Source: Candidatus Zixiibacteriota bacterium
Lineage (GTDB): Bacteria; Zixibacteria; MSB-5A5; CAIYYT01
Direction: 5' to 3'
NCBI GenBank assembly: GCA_040235515.1
Contig: JBECKX010000129.1
Location: 1 to 57,550, forward strand
Length of the DNA stretch: 57,550 nucleotides
Shown here: positions 19,542 to 28,698 of the stretch, piece after piece
Layout: the number at the start of each line of letters is the position of its first letter
Numbering within the stretch: the stretch's first letter is position 1
Notes under the pieces: generated by a model
The model's database searches: none
What the model was told of the DNA's origin: nothing
The model's input: the letters and a program-made list of their open reading frames with translations, nothing else
Position numbers and translations under genes: made by a program

Positions 19542-20984
19542 ATGGTAGACGACAAGACCAAGCTGCTTATCATCGACGACGATCCAAAGGTATCGTGGAT
19601 TCTCAAAGAGAGCCTCAATTCCAACTACGATATCATGACCGCGAGCGATGGTATCGAGGGTATCCAGATGGCTTCGAAGGAGAAGCCACCGCTGATTTTG
19701 CTTGATATCAAGATGCCGGGAATGAGCGGGCTTGAAGTCCTCAAGAAAATCAAGAAATCAGACTTGAACACCGATGTGATTATGCTGTCGGGCCAGGGCG
19801 AGACTGACGTTGTCGTTGAAGCGGTCCAGCACGGTGCCTTCTATTTCATCAGCAAGCCGTTTGATGTTCGCGAAGTCGACCTGCAACTGCAGAAGGCGCT
19901 CGAACGTCGCGGGCTGATGAAGAAGATCTCCGATCTGGAAAAATTCCAGGCGGCACAAAGTGTATGGGAGGGATTTGTTGGTGACTCGCACTCAATGATG
20001 GAGATCAAGAACCTGATCGAGCAGGTTGCTGACAGCGATTTGACGGTACTGATCCGAGGTGAATCGGGAACAGGTAAGGAGATCGTTGCGCGCACGCTCC
20101 ATCAGTTGTCGGCGCGTCGCTCCAATGCTTTCGTCAAAGTCAACTGCGCGGCGATTCCCCGTGAGTTGCTCGAAGCCGAATTGTTCGGCCACGAAAAAGG
20201 CGCATTCACCGGTGCGCACAAGAACAAGCCGGGGCGCTTCGAGACCGCCAACAAGGGGACGATCTTCCTCGATGAAATCGGTGATATGTCATTTGAGTTG
20301 CAGTCAAAGTTGCTCCAGGTGCTGGAGCAGCAGGAGTTCATGCGTGTGGGTGGAGTTTCTCCGATCAAGGTGGATGTGCGGATTATCTGTGCGACCAATC
20401 GCGATCTGGAACAGGCGATTCTGGAGCGCGATTTCCGGGACGACCTCTTCTATCGACTCAATGAAATCACCGTCAATCTGCCGCCGCTGAGAGAGCGCAG
20501 CGAGGATGTTCCGCTGCTGGTCAGTCATTTTCTCTCGAAGTACAATGAGCTCTACAACCGCGAGAACTCATCGGTATCTTCCGAATGCATGTCTGCGATG
20601 CAGCAATATAACTGGCCCGGCAACGTTCGCCAGTTAGAGAACTTGATTAAGCAATTCGTCGTAAGGCAAGACGAATCAGTCATATACGAGATGATGAAGC
20701 ACGGGCCGAGCGCTCCGGCGCGGGTGCGTTCCGGTTCCGGGTCGAGCCACGCCGGCCATGGTGCGGCGGTGGCGACCGCCGAGAGGCCGGAGCCGGATGA
20801 GAAGCATGGTTTCTCGCTGAAGAAGCGAATTGCGGAGCGGGTGGCGGACGAGGAGATGCGTCTGATCAGTGAAGTTCTGCGCAGAACCAACTGGAACCGA
20901 CGAAAAGCGGCGCAACTGCTCGAGATTTCTTACCGATCGCTCCTTTACAAAATCAAGGAATATAAGCTAAACGAAGTTGATTGA
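19542..20984 (+). CDS. Sigma54-dependent response regulator (NtrC/AtoC family: REC-AAA+-HTH)
   Basis: REC, 'GESGTGKE', 'GAFTGA', 'FLDEIG', 'WPGNVRQLEN', Fis HTH 'WNRRKAAQLLEISYRSLLYKIK'. Confidence 0.96.
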   Translation: MVDDKTKLLIIDDDPKVSWILKESLNSNYDIMTASDGIEGIQMASKEKPPLILLDIKMPGMSGLEVLKKIKKSDLNTDVIMLSGQGETDVVVEAVQHGAFYFISKPFDVREVDLQLQKALERRGLMKKISDLEKFQAAQSVWEGFVGDSHSMMEIKNLIEQVADSDLTVLIRGESGTGKEIVARTLHQLSARRSNAFVKVNCAAIPRELLEAELFGHEKGAFTGAHKNKPGRFETANKGTIFLDEIGDMSFELQSKLLQVLEQQEFMRVGGVSPIKVDVRIICATNRDLEQAILERDFRDDLFYRLNEITVNLPPLRERSEDVPLLVSHFLSKYNELYNRENSSVSSECMSAMQQYNWPGNVRQLENLIKQFVVRQDESVIYEMMKHGPSAPARVRSGSGSSHAGHGAAVATAERPEPDEKHGFSLKKRIAERVADEEMRLISEVLRRTNWNRRKAAQLLEISYRSLLYKIKEYKLNEVD

Positions 20985-21078
20985 TTTCCGTCCCTGTAGA
21001 AGAGTTTGCGCCTATTATGAAGAGGCGTGCACAACCGGACGGCTTGATGACACAGATCGATTAGCTTCCACGATTGAG

Positions 21079-21090
21079 ACGTTGCAACGT
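21079..21090. promoter_or_regulatory. Perfect palindrome ACGTTGCAACGT, candidate upstream activator site
   Basis: 12-bp palindrome about 105 nt upstream of the sigma54 -24 element. Confidence 0.35.
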
Positions 21091-21194
21091 ATTCTTTTGG
21101 ATGGTGCGTAACTACTGATCAATCAGGTCGCTTGCCAGCACACTTACCTCAGCACCATCATTCTGCGGCGTTTCATCCCGCCTTCGCCGGGATG

Positions 21195-21210
21195 TGGCAA
21201 GGAAATTGCT
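21195..21210 (+). promoter_or_regulatory. Sigma54 (-24/-12) promoter TGGCAAGGAAATTGCT
   Basis: Exact GG-N10-GC spacing, close to TGGCAC-N5-TTGCW. Lies just downstream of a sigma54 activator gene and about 80 nt upstream of ORF 21290. Confidence 0.75.
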
Positions 21211-21289
21211 TTTCAATGTGTTGTCAAAAGTGAAGGCGCTCGACGCGCTGATCAATCAGCAGGGATAACATCAAAAACACGTTGGAATT

Positions 21290-21763
21290 ATGTCAGACTG
21301 GAGACTCTTCGCAGTGCAGAGCAGCACAGCTACAAATGGTTTTTTCGAGCGGACTCGACAAGAGCTGAGTCGAGCAGAACGCTACTGTCTTTTTCTCTCA
21401 ATCATGCTGATCGATCTGAGTGAATTCGCGCGTGCCCTGGGCAAGCGTAAACACCTCTCATCTGATGCCGCAGAATCTCTTGCCGAGCGGCTGGAAACCG
21501 GCCTGCGTCAAACTGTGAGGGACTCCGACGTGGTCGCATCATTCGACCGCAACCGAGTCGGTCTGCTCTTGATGGAGACATCGCGGACAGGTTTGAAGGT
21601 AGTGAAAGATCGGATTGAGAATTTCGTGAAAGATTATCTGAGGGGTGCCTACCAGGTGCCGTTCGAACCGACCTATCAAATTACGTCGGCTTCCTTTCCG
21701 GAAGAGCCAGACACTTTCGGCAAATTGACACGTTTCGATGTCTCGCTCCAGCAGGAATCATAG
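21290..21763 (+). CDS. Stand-alone degenerate GGDEF-like protein with intact RxxD I-site
   Basis: 'ELSRAERY..LSIMLIDL...LRQTVRDSDVVASFDRNRVGLLL.ET': GGDEF fold pattern with GGDEF replaced by DRNRV. Confidence 0.75.
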   Translation: MSDWRLFAVQSSTATNGFFERTRQELSRAERYCLFLSIMLIDLSEFARALGKRKHLSSDAAESLAERLETGLRQTVRDSDVVASFDRNRVGLLLMETSRTGLKVVKDRIENFVKDYLRGAYQVPFEPTYQITSASFPEEPDTFGKLTRFDVSLQQES

Positions 21764-21846
21764 CACCATCCCCGCACAGCTCCAACCAACTCCACTAAGC
21801 AGGTAGCGGGCGACGGCGTTTGCGTGCGCAATTTCTTGATCGAGCT

Positions 21847-22254
21847 TTAAAACTGACCTTGAATTGCCAATTCAACGATTTCTTTTAACTCATTAAAGGG
21901 GACTGGCTTACTTATAAAGAGCGCACCACCTTCCTTGGCGCTCAGCATGGCATCATCTTCCCAGTCCTTGCCACTAACGAATACCACCGGAATCGTCTCG
22001 TTGCCTTTCGTCTGTTTCATCAGACGGCAGAACTCGTAGCCATCCACGCGCGGCATCATGATGTCAAGCAGGACCAGATCGGGAGAGAAGCTGTTCAGCG
22101 CCTGCAGTGCCTCCTGGGCATCGGTGTAGCCGGTTGCCTCGTACCCTGACGCAGTGAGGAAATCAACAAAGGTGGTGATTACACCCTCTTCATCATCAAC
22201 GATCAAGATCCTGGCTTTGGCAGGGCTCTCTGGTTTTTTTGCATGCTTCGTCAT
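21847..22254 (-). CDS. Single-domain response regulator (REC only)
   Basis: 'ILIVDDE', 'PDLVLLDIMMPRVDG', 'FVSG', 'FISKP'. Confidence 0.92.
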   Translation of the reverse strand: MTKHAKKPESPAKARILIVDDEEGVITTFVDFLTASGYEATGYTDAQEALQALNSFSPDLVLLDIMMPRVDGYEFCRLMKQTKGNETIPVVFVSGKDWEDDAMLSAKEGGALFISKPVPFNELKEIVELAIQGQF

Positions 22255-22296
22255 TCTACACTCTCCAGCAGGTTTCAGCTGGGTTCTTCATCATTC

Positions 22297-22887
22297 TTAA
22301 CTACTCCGCATTGCCTGTTTCAGAAAATGCGATTCCATCTGCACCAGTTTTTCCACGTCACACTCACAAGGGAATGCGACCTTCAGCCTATATCCACCCT
22401 GTTCCTCTGAGAGCCGCGAGACTGTGATCTGAGCCTGCCGCTTTGAGGTAATCAGCTTCATCCCTTCACCGGGCAGATTCATCGCCTCGCGGATGAAGCG
22501 ATGCAGCAGGTAGAGGTCAAAGAAACAGGAGATTCGCGCTGAAAAGAGGGTTTGTCCTTCCAGGCACCGGTACTTCGGCGCATGCGTAGCAGGCACCCTG
22601 ATCTCCACATCGCGGGCCGGCCTTGACCGGTAGCTCTGCCGCGACAAGATCTTCTCAGGCATCGTGAATCCGACAATCAGGCTGGTGAGGGTGTTCGGAA
22701 CACTGGTGAAAGTACACTCGATGGTGTTGAACAGGTTGAAAACCTGCTTTCGCTCAGCACACTTAAGCACCTGTCGCGCAACGGTATGGCAGACATCAAC
22801 GAAGTCGTCGTACGAGCGCACCAGATAGCGAGCCAGCTTCATATTGCCATAATTGGCAAGGAGTATCTGTTTTGTCGGTGTTTCCAT
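22297..22887 (-). CDS. Hypothetical protein
   Basis: 196-aa ORF filling the gap, co-oriented with the REC gene, with a candidate promoter upstream. No recognised motif. Confidence 0.65.
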   Translation of the reverse strand: METPTKQILLANYGNMKLARYLVRSYDDFVDVCHTVARQVLKCAERKQVFNLFNTIECTFTSVPNTLTSLIVGFTMPEKILSRQSYRSRPARDVEIRVPATHAPKYRCLEGQTLFSARISCFFDLYLLHRFIREAMNLPGEGMKLITSKRQAQITVSRLSEEQGGYRLKVAFPCECDVEKLVQMESHFLKQAMRSS

Positions 22888-22927
22888 AGCAGGTTTGATC
22901 GGCGCAAAAACCGTTCGTATGTTGATA

Positions 22928-22954
22928 GTATCGGATATGGTACAAAGTAGCTTA
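22928..22954 (-). promoter_or_regulatory. Candidate sigma28-family promoter TAAG-N15-TCCGATAC
   Basis: Minus-strand intergenic match about 40 nt upstream of ORF 22887. Confidence 0.4.
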
Positions 22955-22980
22955 AGAGCAGCGGCCGCAAATCGCGGCCA

Positions 22981-24522
22981 CTATTTCAGCCGCTGGTAGA
23001 GGGTAAAAATCCCGGCGCTGTCCGCCGGTTGGTAATTGAGACCGGCGATAGCAACCGTATCTCCCGTCTCACGATGGAACAGCTCATGATTGCGATTCGG
23101 ACGCGCAGTATAGAGAACGAATTCGGGAACACTCGCTTCGATGAATCTGCGCAGCGATTCGGTATCGGCCCAGGCGCCTCGAATCTGCGGATAGTATTCG
23201 GACAGGTAGAGGTAGAGGAGACGATCGTTGAAGTTGCGGCAATCGAGTACGAGGTCGGCGCCCGCGTTCAGACGGTCATCAAGTTTTTTCGCCATCTCCG
23301 GGAAGTAGGCCGGTGGATTTGTCAGCGGCGAGACCGCCCGCAGCTTCTCCTGCCAGTCGGAATCGCCCGGTCGCGAGAAGAAACCGAGTGCAACAACCAC
23401 AAGCAGCGGCACAGCGATGGCCAGAAAGCCCGTGAGCGCTCGCCTGGCTCCGCGCAGGTTGCGCTGCAACCGCTCCAGGCCGACACCGCTGAAACAAAGC
23501 AGGATGGCACCCGGCAGGATCGTGAATCTTGCCAGCGGAAATCGTTCGAAACTGAACACGAAGGTGACGAAGTAGAAGAGCACAAAGACCCCCAGCAGCC
23601 AGAGGAGCAAACTCCCTGTAGAGCGCTTTAGTTCCTCCCATACGCCCACGAGTGAGAGAACCAATGAAGTGAACGGCAGACTCAGGAACATAACCGCCGG
23701 CAAAAAAGCTGAGTTGTAAAGGAGGTACTTCAGTTTGCCGATCTCCGCAATCTTCGCCGCAATCACCGGTGCATCGAGGTTTCCGGAGTAATGCATGAAG
23801 ATCAAGGGATCACCGAACCTCGCCCAACTGGCGACTAACCAGAGGATGATGAAGCTGTGAGCGAGCGTTCCGAGGAGAAGTAGTTGTCCCCACCCGAATC
23901 GCCGAGCCGAGGCGTGAACTCCCGGCTTCAGCTTGAGTAGAACCGCCCAGATCGTTAGAAAGCTGGCGAGCAACCAACTGTCGTAGCGCATCATAGTTGC
24001 AGCGACGAGAGCCAGGGCTGTCACTACGATGTCTCGCCAGGCGCCACTCTCGGTTGCCCGCAGGAAGAACCAGGTGGAAAGGAAGAAGAGAAAGAGATTG
24101 ATACCTTCGCTCACCGCAATCGCTGCCGAATGGATGAAGAGGGTATAGAAGCAGAAGAGCAGCGCTGAGAAGCAGGCGGCGCGCCGGTTGAAGAGTGCCC
24201 TCAGGCTTCCATAGAGCGGCACGATCGCGAGGCTGGTCAGCAGCCAGGATAGCACGCGCGGTGCGAGCAGTGGGGAATTCCAGATGCTGAGGACAACCGC
24301 ATTGAGGTAGCAGTGCAGAGGTCCAAAGACCCAGGTTAGCTGGTTGGGCGCCGAGATAAAGAAGGGCGCTCGGAGCCACTCGATTGCCATGTAGACACGC
24401 GTGTGAGCGTCGCCATCCACGTAGTTGCTGGAAAGCAGCAGGGCAATACCATTGACGGTAAGCGCCAGCAGTAGCGGCAGGCGCACGCTGCCACCGAACT
24501 TTTCATAAATCCAGTCTACCAT
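22981..24522 (-). CDS. GT-C fold membrane glycosyltransferase (GT39/ArnT/PMT-like)
   Basis: Multi-TM protein; 'DGDAHTR' acidic first loop, 'FGPLHCY', 'APRVLS', 'VSEG', 'MRYDSW'. Confidence 0.75.
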   Translation of the reverse strand: MVDWIYEKFGGSVRLPLLLALTVNGIALLLSSNYVDGDAHTRVYMAIEWLRAPFFISAPNQLTWVFGPLHCYLNAVVLSIWNSPLLAPRVLSWLLTSLAIVPLYGSLRALFNRRAACFSALLFCFYTLFIHSAAIAVSEGINLFLFFLSTWFFLRATESGAWRDIVVTALALVAATMMRYDSWLLASFLTIWAVLLKLKPGVHASARRFGWGQLLLLGTLAHSFIILWLVASWARFGDPLIFMHYSGNLDAPVIAAKIAEIGKLKYLLYNSAFLPAVMFLSLPFTSLVLSLVGVWEELKRSTGSLLLWLLGVFVLFYFVTFVFSFERFPLARFTILPGAILLCFSGVGLERLQRNLRGARRALTGFLAIAVPLLVVVALGFFSRPGDSDWQEKLRAVSPLTNPPAYFPEMAKKLDDRLNAGADLVLDCRNFNDRLLYLYLSEYYPQIRGAWADTESLRRFIEASVPEFVLYTARPNRNHELFHRETGDTVAIAGLNYQPADSAGIFTLYQRLK

Positions 24523-24579
24523 CTGACCCGATAGTATGGGAATCGTGTAGCTACCGGCAAGGAGTATCTGCCGGCGGGG

Positions 24580-25716
24580 CTAGTTGGTTCGTTTCCTGAA
24601 TCGCAGCGATGCCACGATCAGCACAACAATCCCGATCGCCAGCAGCGGAACAATCTGATCGAGCAGCTGGATGGCCGTCAAACCCTTGAGGAAGATCGCC
24701 CGCATGATCACCATGAAATAGCGGAGCGGATTGATGATCGTCAGGTACTGAATCGGATCGGGCATATTGGATATCGGGAACGCAAAACCGGAAAGCAGAA
24801 TCGCGGGCATCATGAAGAAGAATGCGGAGATCATCGCCTGCTGTTGAGAGCTTGAGATCGTGGAGATCAGCAGGCCGATCGCGAGTGTGGAGATCATGAA
24901 GATCAACGCCGTCAGGAACAACAGCACGAGATTCCCCACCAGTGGCACCTTGAAGAAGTAGACCGCAACGGCTGTGATCAGGCAGATATCGACCATCCCG
25001 ATAAAGGCGTACGGCAGCGCCTTTCCAATGATCAATTCAGCCGACGTGATCGGCGTCACGATCAACTGCTCCATCGTCCCAAATTCCTTTTCGCGAACGA
25101 TCGCCATAGAGGTCAGCAACAGGGTGACGACTACGAGAATCTGGACGACAATCGCAGGCACATTGAAGTCGCGGCTCTCCAGTGCCGGGTTATACCAGAT
25201 TCTGATCTTGGGATCGATCAGGCCCTTCAACAGCGCCGCCGCCTGCGGGTTGCGTTGCAGCCGCTCCTGCTGGATCTGCTGGTTCAGCTGCGTTATGAGT
25301 CCGGTCAGGAAACTCGAGGTGATCGTGGCGTTGTTGGAGTTGGTTGCCTCGATCGACACGCCGAGATTGGCAAATCCCCCCGTCGAGATGTTCTCGGAGA
25401 AGTCGTGTGGAATCTGTAGTACGAGGGTGAGTTCGCCATTCTCCATCACGCTGTCGATTTCATCCGGATGCGAGAGGTAGCGATCGACTGAGAAGTACTC
25501 CGATGACTCCAGTTTGCGGATCAGTTCCCGGCTGAGGGTGCTGCGGTCGTAGTCGAGCACGCCGGTTGGAATCTGTTTGACATCGTAAGTCGCGGCATAG
25601 CCGAAGATGATTAACTGTACAATCGGGGACATAAACACGATTGCCAGCAATTTCCGATCGCGGAACAACTCAAGGAATTCCTTGATCAGCACGGTCTTTA
25701 TCCGACGAGCCTTCAT
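24580..25716 (-). CDS. ABC-2 type permease (YbhR-like)
   Basis: 'IKEFLELFRD', 'FGYAAT.D', 'WYNP', 'IVREKEFGTMEQL.VTP', 'LLSGFAFPI'. Start moved from 26226 to ATG 25716. Confidence 0.92.
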   Translation of the reverse strand: MKARRIKTVLIKEFLELFRDRKLLAIVFMSPIVQLIIFGYAATYDVKQIPTGVLDYDRSTLSRELIRKLESSEYFSVDRYLSHPDEIDSVMENGELTLVLQIPHDFSENISTGGFANLGVSIEATNSNNATITSSFLTGLITQLNQQIQQERLQRNPQAAALLKGLIDPKIRIWYNPALESRDFNVPAIVVQILVVVTLLLTSMAIVREKEFGTMEQLIVTPITSAELIIGKALPYAFIGMVDICLITAVAVYFFKVPLVGNLVLLFLTALIFMISTLAIGLLISTISSSQQQAMISAFFFMMPAILLSGFAFPISNMPDPIQYLTIINPLRYFMVIMRAIFLKGLTAIQLLDQIVPLLAIGIVVLIVASLRFRKRTN

Positions 25717-26831
25717 CCGATTTTCTTCTCGAACTTGATGATGGCCAGCAACGAGAAGAGGAGCGCAAAGAAGAGCAACGCAGCCGACTGGAAGTAGAGG
25801 AAGTCGATGCCTACTCCTTTGAGAAAGAGCGCGCGCAGGATCTCGATGAAGTAACGCGCGGGGACAAGGAAACTGATATACTGCACAACAATCGGCATGG
25901 AACTGATCGGAAAGAGGAATCCGGAGATCAGGAAGCCGGGCAGAAACGAGGTAAGCATCGATACCTGGTAGGCCAGCTGCTGCGACCGGGCAGCCACGCT
26001 GATGAAGTAGCCGAGCGACAAGGCCGATGCCAGGAAGAGGGTGGAGAAGAGTGCCAGCAACCACAAGCTGCCGCGGAACGGCACATCGAAGATCTCCACG
26101 CCGCAGTATGCGGCAAGAAAGAGATCGACCATTCCAATGAAGTAGTAGGGGAGCAGTTTGCCGAGGGCCAACTCGATCGGCTTGATCGGTGTGGAGATTA
26201 GCAATTCCATTGTGCCGCGCTCCCATTCGCGGGCCACGCAGAGCGCCGTGAGCAGTGAAGCCAGGATCGTCATGATCAGACTGATCAAACCGGGAATCAG
26301 GAAGTTCTGTGAATTGAGATCGGCGTTGTACCAGAAACGGGTCTCGAGCTGCACCGGGAGGGAGGCAGCACTGCCCAACAAGCTCCCCGCTTTACCCAGG
26401 TTGTAGTCGCTTATGATCAGATTCGTGTACGCCAGGACCGACTGGCTGGTGTTCGCATCTGAGCCGTCAGTGATGATCTGAACTTCGGCGCTGCCGGAAA
26501 GGAGTTGATCTGAGAAGTCGACCGGAATCACCAGACCGACTCTTGCCTTGCCCAGGTCGATCAACTCGGCCAGGCGATCTTCGCTGGTTGGGTACTCATC
26601 GATGACGAAGTACCCGGAATTCGTGAAGCTCCTGATTAACTCGCGCGAATGCGTGGAATTGGAGTAGTCAAGCACCACCGTTGGGATTTCTCTGATATCG
26701 AGCGTGACGGCATAGCCGAACAGGAAGATCAAAGTGATCGGCAGGAGGAAGGCCAGCGTAATCGAGCGCTTGTCACGCATGATCTGGAGGATCTCCTTGC
26801 GCGCGATTGCGTAGATTCTCATCCAGCTCAC
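25713..26831 (-). CDS. ABC-2 type permease (YbhS-like)
   Basis: 'KEILQIMRD', 'FGYAVTLD', 'DGSDANT', 'AREWERGTMELLISTP'. Confidence 0.93.
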   Translation of the reverse strand: MSWMRIYAIARKEILQIMRDKRSITLAFLLPITLIFLFGYAVTLDIREIPTVVLDYSNSTHSRELIRSFTNSGYFVIDEYPTSEDRLAELIDLGKARVGLVIPVDFSDQLLSGSAEVQIITDGSDANTSQSVLAYTNLIISDYNLGKAGSLLGSAASLPVQLETRFWYNADLNSQNFLIPGLISLIMTILASLLTALCVAREWERGTMELLISTPIKPIELALGKLLPYYFIGMVDLFLAAYCGVEIFDVPFRGSLWLLALFSTLFLASALSLGYFISVAARSQQLAYQVSMLTSFLPGFLISGFLFPISSMPIVVQYISFLVPARYFIEILRALFLKGVGIDFLYFQSAALLFFALLFSLLAIIKFEKKIG

Positions 26832-27763
26832 GTTTCCGACTCCTCGATCAACGCAATGAAGAGGTCCTCCAGTGTCGGATCGACCGCCACTACTTCGAGC
26901 CCCTGCGGCAGCTCCGAGTTGATCCGCCGCGCCACCGCTTCGGCATCATGCTTGAGTACCGTGATATGAAGTTCAGACCCGAATGGTGCAACATCGGTTA
27001 CCCCTTCGATCCGCTTGATCCTCTCCGCGGTTTCCCACGGGGATTCGGTGGCGAGACGAAACACCTTTCCGGAGAAACGGGTTCGCTTCAGTTCACGCGG
27101 ATCTCCGATCGCCGCCAGCGCGCCGCTGAAGATCATGCCGATCCGGTCGCACTCCTCAGCCTCGTCGAGGTAGTGCGTCGTAACAAAGACTGTAACGCCA
27201 CGCTCCGCCTGTTCATCTATCTGCTCCCAGAAGTAGCGACGCGAGACCGGATCCACTCCTGCGGTCGGCTCATCGAGAAAGATGATCTCCGGATCATGCT
27301 GGATAGCACAGACGAGCGCCAGAAGCTGCCTCGTGCCGCTCGGAAGATCCCCCACGACCTGTCCCTTCACTTCACCCAGCGCGGTTGTCTCGAAGTAGTG
27401 TTGCTTCTTCCGCTTGTGTTCACCGTTATCCATCAGGTATACGCCCGCGTAGAAGTTCATATTCTCTTCCACAGTGAGGGTCTGATAGAGGGAAAACTTC
27501 TGCGACATATATCCGATGCGGGTCTTTATCTTTTCCGATTCCTTCATCACATCAAACCCTGCGACATGGCCGGAGCCGGACGTCGGCTTCAGGAGTCCGC
27601 ACAGCATCCTGATTGTCGTTGACTTGCCAGCCCCATTCGGGCCGAGGAACCCGAAGATTTCGCCACGCTCGACATCAAAGGTGACATCGTTAACTGCGAC
27701 GAACGATCCGAACTCACGCCGCAGATTCTGAACACTCACGGCCTTACCGTTTAGTTCATTCAT
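26828..27763 (-). CDS. ABC transporter ATP-binding protein (YbhF C-half-like)
   Basis: 'GPNGAGKST', 'YMSQKFSLY', degenerate signature 'LPSG', 'LDEPTAGVDP', 'TTHY'. Confidence 0.94.
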   Translation of the reverse strand: MNELNGKAVSVQNLRREFGSFVAVNDVTFDVERGEIFGFLGPNGAGKSTTIRMLCGLLKPTSGSGHVAGFDVMKESEKIKTRIGYMSQKFSLYQTLTVEENMNFYAGVYLMDNGEHKRKKQHYFETTALGEVKGQVVGDLPSGTRQLLALVCAIQHDPEIIFLDEPTAGVDPVSRRYFWEQIDEQAERGVTVFVTTHYLDEAEECDRIGMIFSGALAAIGDPRELKRTRFSGKVFRLATESPWETAERIKRIEGVTDVAPFGSELHITVLKHDAEAVARRINSELPQGLEVVAVDPTLEDLFIALIEESET

Positions 27764-28698
27764 CTCGCCGCTCCGGGGTCAGCAGCCAGTGACAGGCCGA
27801 TGTAAATATCCTCGAATGATGGCGCAATTCTGTTCAGCGCCTCGCTGCGCAGGCCGAGCGACGCCACGATTGCTCGCACCGTGTCAACCTCAACTTCCCC
27901 CCGGGTCAGGATGTGCACCGAATTGCCGAAAAGGTTGATCGCCAGAAACTGATCATGGGTGCCGATCATCTCCTTGGCTTTGCGCGGCGAATCGCTGGCA
28001 TATTCAAAAACATTGAACTGGAAGTTCCTTCTGGCTTCGTGGGGTTCACCGACAGCGATCGTCTGCCCGTCACGCATCAAGGCAAAGCGGTTGGCACGTT
28101 CCGCTTCATCCATATAAGAGGAACTGACGAGGATCGTCGAGCCCTCGCTGTTAAGGTCGTAGAGCAGTTTCCAGAATTCACGCCGGGAGACGGGATCCAC
28201 GCCGTTGGTTGGTTCATCAAGGAGGAGCAGACGGGGGTTGTGAATCAGCGCACACGCCAGGCCGAGCTTCTGTTTCATCCCGCCTGAGAGTGCGCCGGCG
28301 AGACGATCGCGAAATCGTTCCATGCGGGAGAACTGGAGCAGACGTGATGTGCGCTCGGCGCGTTGCCTGCGCGGGACGGTGAACAGGTCCGCGAAGAAAT
28401 CGATGTTCTCTTGCACCGTGAGGTCTTCGTAGAGGCCGAAGCGTTGCGGCATGTAGCCGATCGAAGACTTTTTGCGCTCGAAGTCGATCCGGAAATCCTC
28501 GCCGAAGAATTCAAGCGAGCCGTCGTCGTAGTCGAGAATCCCGGCCAGTATCCTGAGCAACGTCGTTTTTCCGGCGCCGTCCGGGCCCACGATCGCGACG
28601 ACTTCACCCTCCGGGACTTCCAGCTCAAGCCCATTGAGAGCGGTCGTCAGCGGATACCTCTTTAACAGACCCTCAACTTTTAGGGCGGGCGATTTCAT
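27760..28698 (-). CDS. ABC transporter ATP-binding protein (YbhF N-half-like)
   Basis: 'GPDGAGKTT', 'YMPQRFGLY', 'LSGGMKQKL', 'LDEPTNGVDP'. Confidence 0.94.
   Translation of the reverse strand: MKSPALKVEGLLKRYPLTTALNGLELEVPEGEVVAIVGPDGAGKTTLLRILAGILDYDDGSLEFFGEDFRIDFERKKSSIGYMPQRFGLYEDLTVQENIDFFADLFTVPRRQRAERTSRLLQFSRMERFRDRLAGALSGGMKQKLGLACALIHNPRLLLLDEPTNGVDPVSRREFWKLLYDLNSEGSTILVSSSYMDEAERANRFALMRDGQTIAVGEPHEARRNFQFNVFEYASDSPRKAKEMIGTHDQFLAINLFGNSVHILTRGEVEVDTVRAIVASLGLRSEALNRIAPSFEDIYIGLSLAADPGAAR

Noticed and set aside
25717-26226. N-terminal extension of the 548-aa permease ORF
   Set aside because: Out-of-frame overlap with the upstream permease. The homologous start is MKARRIK at 25716.
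26828-28698. Two separate ATPase genes as a split or broken ybhF
   Set aside because: Both are complete, about 310 aa, with their own C-terminal domains and coupled start/stop codons. This is a common arrangement.
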